From a virus (taxonomy: Duplodnaviria; Caudoviricetes), in IMG/VR virus record IMGVR_UViG_3300014202_001567, positions 1 through 29,684 of that record: DNA of 29,684 nt. The stretch is one strand, 5' to 3'. The notes beneath the pieces are model-generated. The model did no database searches. It was given only the letters and a program-made list of their open reading frames with translations, and had not been told where the DNA came from. Position 1 is the first letter of the stretch. Every line of letters begins with the position of its first letter. Positions 25,726 to 29,684 of this stretch are shown here, in pieces. Position numbers and translations under genes: made by a program.

Positions 25726-25740
25726 CTAAGAGACAAACTC

Positions 25741-26166
25741 ATGATCCAAGCAATCTTAGACCGCCTCGGGCTGGTTGACGGCGCCACTGTACGTGAAGGT
25801 TTTTATGTGCAGTCCATTGCCAAAGAAAGCAAATTCATCTTTTTGCAGCCCTATACCGATGCCTTTGACGCTAAAAATGGCATTGATAAATATAAGGATG
25901 ATCTGGTGCTGCAAGTGGTTGCTGGCGTAAAACTCGCTAAAAATCCGCAACCAACCAGTGAGTTAATCAACCTCGTGCGCGCTATCCGAAGTGCATTCTA
26001 TAAAGATGAACGCTTCCCTGAAAAACCTAGCTGGTTGCCCTCGGTGATCAGCTTTAAAGAGACAGAGCCCTGCAAGTACATCATGCCCGAAGCCCATGAA
26101 GAACACGGCCTAGCGGTGTTCACCTTATCCCTTGTTAATACCGTTAAATTTGGAGACTCACTATGA
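25741..26166 (+). CDS. Putative tail terminator protein
   Basis: 141-aa ORF immediately before the tail tube gene; synteny only. Confidence 0.55.
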   Translation: MIQAILDRLGLVDGATVREGFYVQSIAKESKFIFLQPYTDAFDAKNGIDKYKDDLVLQVVAGVKLAKNPQPTSELINLVRAIRSAFYKDERFPEKPSWLPSVISFKETEPCKYIMPEAHEEHGLAVFTLSLVNTVKFGDSL

Positions 26167-26882
26167 GTGAAATAGTAACCGAAAGTTACATCGGCTCAGC
26201 GATCGTCTATATCGATGGCCGTGACTGTGGCAACGTGAGCGGCGTAAAGCTCGCTATCGAACAAGAAACCAAATCCTTGCCCAACTACCGTGGTGGCGGA
26301 GGTTATGCCGATGAAGTCACGTTGATTAAATCCGTAAAATTAAGTGCGACCTTTTACGATTTTAACAACGAGAACTTAGCGCTAGCTATGCGCGGTAAGA
26401 TTGATGTATTAACTGCAACACCCGTTGCAGATGAAGAAATTATCGCTGTGCTCGATGGCTTAGCGCAAACCGCAAAAATGATTGATACCAGTATCGCCCC
26501 TGTTGTTAAAAATGAAGCGGGTGATGTGACTTATGTACTTGATGAAGATTATGTTGTCAGTGCCGCAGGTATCCGCGCGTTATCGACTGGCGCCATTACA
26601 GCAGGCCAAACATTAACCATTGGCTACACCAGCCAAGCGGGTAATGCGTTGCAGGCATTAACGGAATCAGGCAAAACGGTCAGTGTGGTTGTTGACGGTA
26701 TTAACGACTCAACCGGTAAACCGTGGATGCTGAAGTTTTATAAGTGGAAGCCCACACCCACATCAGGCTTAGACTTGATCGGTACCGATTACGGTAGCTT
26801 CGATATTGAAGGTGCTGTACTCGCTGACAGCTCAATCGTTGCCACGGGTAAGTCTAAGTTCTTCGTCCGTAGCGCAGCATAA
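26163..26882 (+). CDS. Major tail tube protein
   Basis: SYIGS...GNVS...ENLALA...GINDSTGKP...LDLIG motifs; followed by a terminator. Confidence 0.8.
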   Translation: MSEIVTESYIGSAIVYIDGRDCGNVSGVKLAIEQETKSLPNYRGGGGYADEVTLIKSVKLSATFYDFNNENLALAMRGKIDVLTATPVADEEIIAVLDGLAQTAKMIDTSIAPVVKNEAGDVTYVLDEDYVVSAAGIRALSTGAITAGQTLTIGYTSQAGNALQALTESGKTVSVVVDGINDSTGKPWMLKFYKWKPTPTSGLDLIGTDYGSFDIEGAVLADSSIVATGKSKFFVRSAA

Positions 26883-26894
26883 CCTGTCTCAAAT

Positions 26895-26934
26895 AAAAGG
26901 CTCACAGCATTTATTCAATACTGTGAGCCTTTTT
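26895..26934. terminator. Bidirectional intrinsic terminator
   Basis: AAAAGGCTCACAG...CTGTGAGCCTTTTT between the convergent tail tube and rha genes. Confidence 0.85.
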
Positions 26935-26973
26935 GCTAGGTTAAAAACCAAAGCAATAACAACGCTTTGCTTT

Positions 26974-27558
26974 TTAACTTAACCGTGCTTGCTCGCGGCC
27001 AATACGCGCGATACAGGCGATTTGTTGGTTAGCGGCTTCGCTAATTTCGATTAACTGCTCAAGGGATAAAAAGCGTGGTTCGCGGATATAGTTGACCAGC
27101 TTATCGCGCCGAGTGACAAACTGATCATCATCGATGGGCTGCGAGCTGACAATTTTACCGCCTTCCCATGTAAATAACATGCGTTGACGTTCAAACGGGC
27201 TTTGGGTGCGGGAGAGGCGGGCTTGGGCTTCGTTAAAGGCATTAATGAAGTTGATCTTCAGTTCGGCGGCTTTGGCACCCGTAAATCCCATGACTAAAAA
27301 CATAAAACCATCTTTGGTCATTTGGTAATTACGTAAATCGCGCTGATTATTGCCAACCTGTTGATTTTGCAGGTTTACGCAAAAATGCGTAGACGTAAAT
27401 TCGCTGGGTGCTTCAATAAGTATTTGGTCTAGTTTACGTAAAACATCACAGTGACGTTTAGCAAAATAATCGGCAACGATCAGCGAGCTAGTAATGGTTT
27501 GCTGGCCGTTAATAAATACCAGTTGCGCGGCGGTGTTTTTAGGCTGTTGTAGTTTCAT
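26974..27558 (-). CDS. rha: Rha-family regulatory/antirepressor protein
   Basis: TSSLIVADYFAKRHCDVLRK and YQMTKDGFMFLVMGFTGAKAAELKINFINAFNE. ATG 27558 lies 8 nt after GGAG. Confidence 0.9.
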   Translation of the reverse strand: MKLQQPKNTAAQLVFINGQQTITSSLIVADYFAKRHCDVLRKLDQILIEAPSEFTSTHFCVNLQNQQVGNNQRDLRNYQMTKDGFMFLVMGFTGAKAAELKINFINAFNEAQARLSRTQSPFERQRMLFTWEGGKIVSSQPIDDDQFVTRRDKLVNYIREPRFLSLEQLIEISEAANQQIACIARIGREQARLS

Positions 27559-27613
27559 GGGTGACACTCCTGTGATCGTGAGTAATCATCACCAACTAGT
27601 GCGAATCAATTGG

Positions 27614-27687
27614 TGATGAGCTGAGCAGGGTTCGCACTACCGTCACAGGAACGGCCAACCCGAAGGTTGCCCCACCCAGCTCACCAT
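27614..27687 (-). ncRNA. c4: C4-type antisense RNA
   Basis: Closing stem ATGGTGAGCTGGGTGGGG / CCCTGCTCAGCTCATCA, a CAACC-TTCG-GGTTG hairpin, and exposed CCTGTGA and GTGCGAA. Complementary targets lie upstream (27748-27754, 27764-27770) and downstream (27569-27575, 27597-27605). Confidence 0.85.
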
Positions 27688-27801
27688 AGTAGAGGTGCGC
27701 CGAGTCACGCAATAAAAAACCAGCACTAGGCTGGCGACATGATTGCGCCTGTGATACTGCGGGGTGCGAAACCCGGCATTGGATTTTGCCAATGCCGAAA
27801 T

Positions 27802-27831
27802 AGTATCGCCCCGCCTAGGCGCGTTTGTCAA
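27802..27831 (-). promoter_or_regulatory. Promoter of the c4-rha operon
   Basis: Minus-strand TTGACA (27831-27826), 18 bp, GATACT (27807-27802). Confidence 0.7.
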
Positions 27832-27872
27832 TTTTAGTTATCAGTTAACTGATAACTAAAAAGTGTTATGGG

Positions 27873-28241
27873 TTACCCACGGCTCACAATGGCCTCGTTT
27901 AATGCTTTAACTACGGCATCTACGTATTGTTTGTCCGTGCTGGTTAACGCTTGATTTTCACCTGCTGTGGTCATTAGTACGACGGTATATAGTGGTTTTA
28001 CTTGATATCTCAAATGCAAAAAAAAGAGGAGTAATAGTACAACAACCCATAAACCAGCTTCACCAGCAAAAAAAAATGGTAATGCAAGTAAACCAACAAT
28101 ATTCGCTTCCTTTTTTGAACCTGGTGTTTGCCCTGCTTTTACTGATGACACATTACGCATTACATAGGTTTGGCCGTCTACCACAAAGCGACTGCTGCTG
28201 ACCAGCACATTGCCACGCTTATAAAACGTTTGTTCTTCCAT
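27873..28241 (-). CDS. Small membrane protein (DUF6232-like), moron
   Basis: SRFVVDGQTY.MRNVSSV, a two-helix hydrophobic hairpin, and VVKALNEAIVSRG; SD AAGGA. Confidence 0.7.
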   Translation of the reverse strand: MEEQTFYKRGNVLVSSSRFVVDGQTYVMRNVSSVKAGQTPGSKKEANIVGLLALPFFFAGEAGLWVVVLLLLFFLHLRYQVKPLYTVVLMTTAGENQALTSTDKQYVDAVVKALNEAIVSRG

Positions 28242-28394
28242 CTCGCATCCTTACTTAGGCTTGTTTGTAAGGATTTTGTTTCATTAACTTTGCAAAAACA
28301 ATATCGAATTTTACTTCTGTGATCATGAATAGCTGATCACAGGCTTTGTTGCGCCTGTAGCGCGCTCACTCACAACCACTAATAGGCATAGGCT

Positions 28395-29684
28395 ATGAGC
28401 TTTAATGATCAAGAAGTCAATTTAACCATCCAAGGTAAGGATTTGTTTTCTGCTGAGGCCAAAAAGTCTGAGCAAGCGTTGCAGGAGTTGGGGCGCGAAA
28501 GCGAAAAGCTCAATGAGCAACTTGATGATTTAAAACGCCAGCAAGAAGCGATTAAGGCGATTGATTCGCTTACTGAGTCTATTAACAAGGGCGAACGCGC
28601 CTATGTTGATAACGCCCAAGCGCTCGATAAGTTAAAGCAAGAGCAGAAGCAGGCTAATACTGAGGCAAAAAACCTTGAGAAATCGCAGCAAGATGCGGCT
28701 GCCTCAATGGCTAAGCTTGAAACTGAATACAGCCAAACTGCGGCGCAGTTGGCTAGCTATGATAGCCAACTTGCCTCCGCTCGCGCCGAAGTTGAGCGTT
28801 TAACTACGACTCAAAATAAAGGTGCACAGGCCAGCCAAGCACAAGCAAAGGCATTATCCGCGGCTAAAACCGATTTGCAGCAGCTTGAATCAGCGCAAAA
28901 AAATACCGCCACCAGTGCGACCAAGTTGGCAAACGAGCTTGAGCAAGAACGTAGCGAATTAACGCGCTTAGGTACCGAAGTTGAAAAGGCTGGCCGTAAT
29001 AAAGCCGAATATGCACTTAAAGTTAAAACGGCCAGCAATGAACTAACTAACCTTGGCAGAAGCCTTGGTAGCAATAAAGCGCAATTAGATAAACAGCAAG
29101 CTGTGCTGAATAAAGCCGGCATTGATATGGGTAAGCTGGGCGATGCCAGCCAAGAATTAAAAACCAAACAAGCTGGCGCAGAAGCCGCGCTTAAAGGGGT
29201 TAACGATAAATTAGCGCAGCACGATAGGTTATTGGTTGATTCTAAAAACTCGGCCAAGGTCGCCAACGCGCAAACTGACCTCACCACCAAGGCGGTGAGC
29301 ACGCTGGCTAAGGCTTATGCAGTATTGCTGTCGGCACAGCAGGCGGTGCAAACGGTAAAAAGTGGCGTTGAAAACTACGGTGAGTTAGAAGCCGCTATTA
29401 CTAAGGTTGAAAAAACCACCAACCTTGCCCGTGATACTGTGGTGAAAATGGCCGATGAGCTTAAAAACCTCAGCGAAAACGTCACTCCTACCAGCACGAA
29501 TGAGCTGCTGCGCATGGCAGAAGTGGCAGGCCAGCTAGGTACTAAATCGACTGAAGATATTCTCAGTTTAGTGGCCGCGGCTGATGCGTTGGGGTTATCA
29601 ACCAACTTAGCCGGCGATGAAGCGGCAACTATGCTGGCCAGAATTTTAGGGATGACTCAAGAAGGTATCCCTGAGATCCATAAT
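28395..29684 (+). CDS. Tail tape measure protein (5' part, runs off the window)
   Basis: ATG 28395 (MSFNDQEVNLTIQGKDLFS) starts a long Ala/Gln/Lys/Glu-rich coiled-coil frame, with a TMP-core-like segment (ELEAAITKVEKTT...AGQLG) near the window end. Confidence 0.9.
   Translation, partial: MSFNDQEVNLTIQGKDLFSAEAKKSEQALQELGRESEKLNEQLDDLKRQQEAIKAIDSLTESINKGERAYVDNAQALDKLKQEQKQANTEAKNLEKSQQDAAASMAKLETEYSQTAAQLASYDSQLASARAEVERLTTTQNKGAQASQAQAKALSAAKTDLQQLESAQKNTATSATKLANELEQERSELTRLGTEVEKAGRNKAEYALKVKTASNELTNLGRSLGSNKAQLDKQQAVLNKAGIDMGKLGDASQELKTKQAGAEAALKGVNDKLAQHDRLLVDSKNSAKVANAQTDLTTKAVSTLAKAYAVLLSAQQAVQTVKSGVENYGELEAAITKVEKTTNLARDTVVKMADELKNLSENVTPTSTNELLRMAEVAGQLGTKSTEDILSLVAAADALGLSTNLAGDEAATMLARILGMTQEGIPEIHN

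Larger units (their letters stand above)
1883..29684. mobile_element. Lambdoid (siphovirus, cos-type) prophage, incomplete in this window
   Basis: Ordered modules: early left operon, cI/cro, O/P, Q-like gene, lysis, Nu1/A, portal, capsid, tail. Neither att end is visible. Confidence 0.95.

Noticed and set aside
27643-27831. 62-aa ORF over the C4 region
   Set aside because: Its TTG start is the -35 box itself, and the region is explained by the RNA switch.
28317-28342. CTGTGATCA...TGATCACAG as a CRP site
   Set aside because: The TGTGA/TCACA half-sites are too far apart for CRP (N6 needed). It is an unexplained small palindrome.
28811-29605. Minus-strand ORFs of 163 and 76 aa
   Set aside because: Antisense shadows of the tape measure gene. 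The same applies to the many shadow ORFs opposite the terminase, capsid and replication genes.

Overview
Most of the window (about 1883 to the end) is a lambdoid, cos-type siphovirus prophage of a gammaproteobacterium. Its early and replication layout recalls Shewanella lambda-like prophages, which is an inference. In order it holds: a leftward early operon; an immunity region (OL, accessory genes, cI, OR, cro, cII-like gene); O/P replication genes with iterons; a tyrosine recombinase; a Q-like gene; an oligoribonuclease; a lambda-like cos site; a lysis cassette with a frameshifted endolysin; terminase, portal and a protease-capsid fusion; neck and tail genes; a C4-antisense-RNA/Rha module; and the start of the tape measure gene. 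The most unusual feature is at the left end. Two integron gene cassettes (an unknown membrane/coiled-coil protein and an AbiGi-family protein), each closed by an attC site (72 bp, and 125 bp Vibrio-repeat-like), are joined directly to the phage early operon. The final G|TT crossover falls exactly on the stop codon of a phage gene. Other notable items are a YafO toxin with a non-YafN partner behind a LexA box, two copies of an oop-like antisense promoter-terminator unit, a cos site lying upstream of the lysis genes, and a truncated beta-clamp-like protein. All family assignments come from motif recognition by eye, with no database search.
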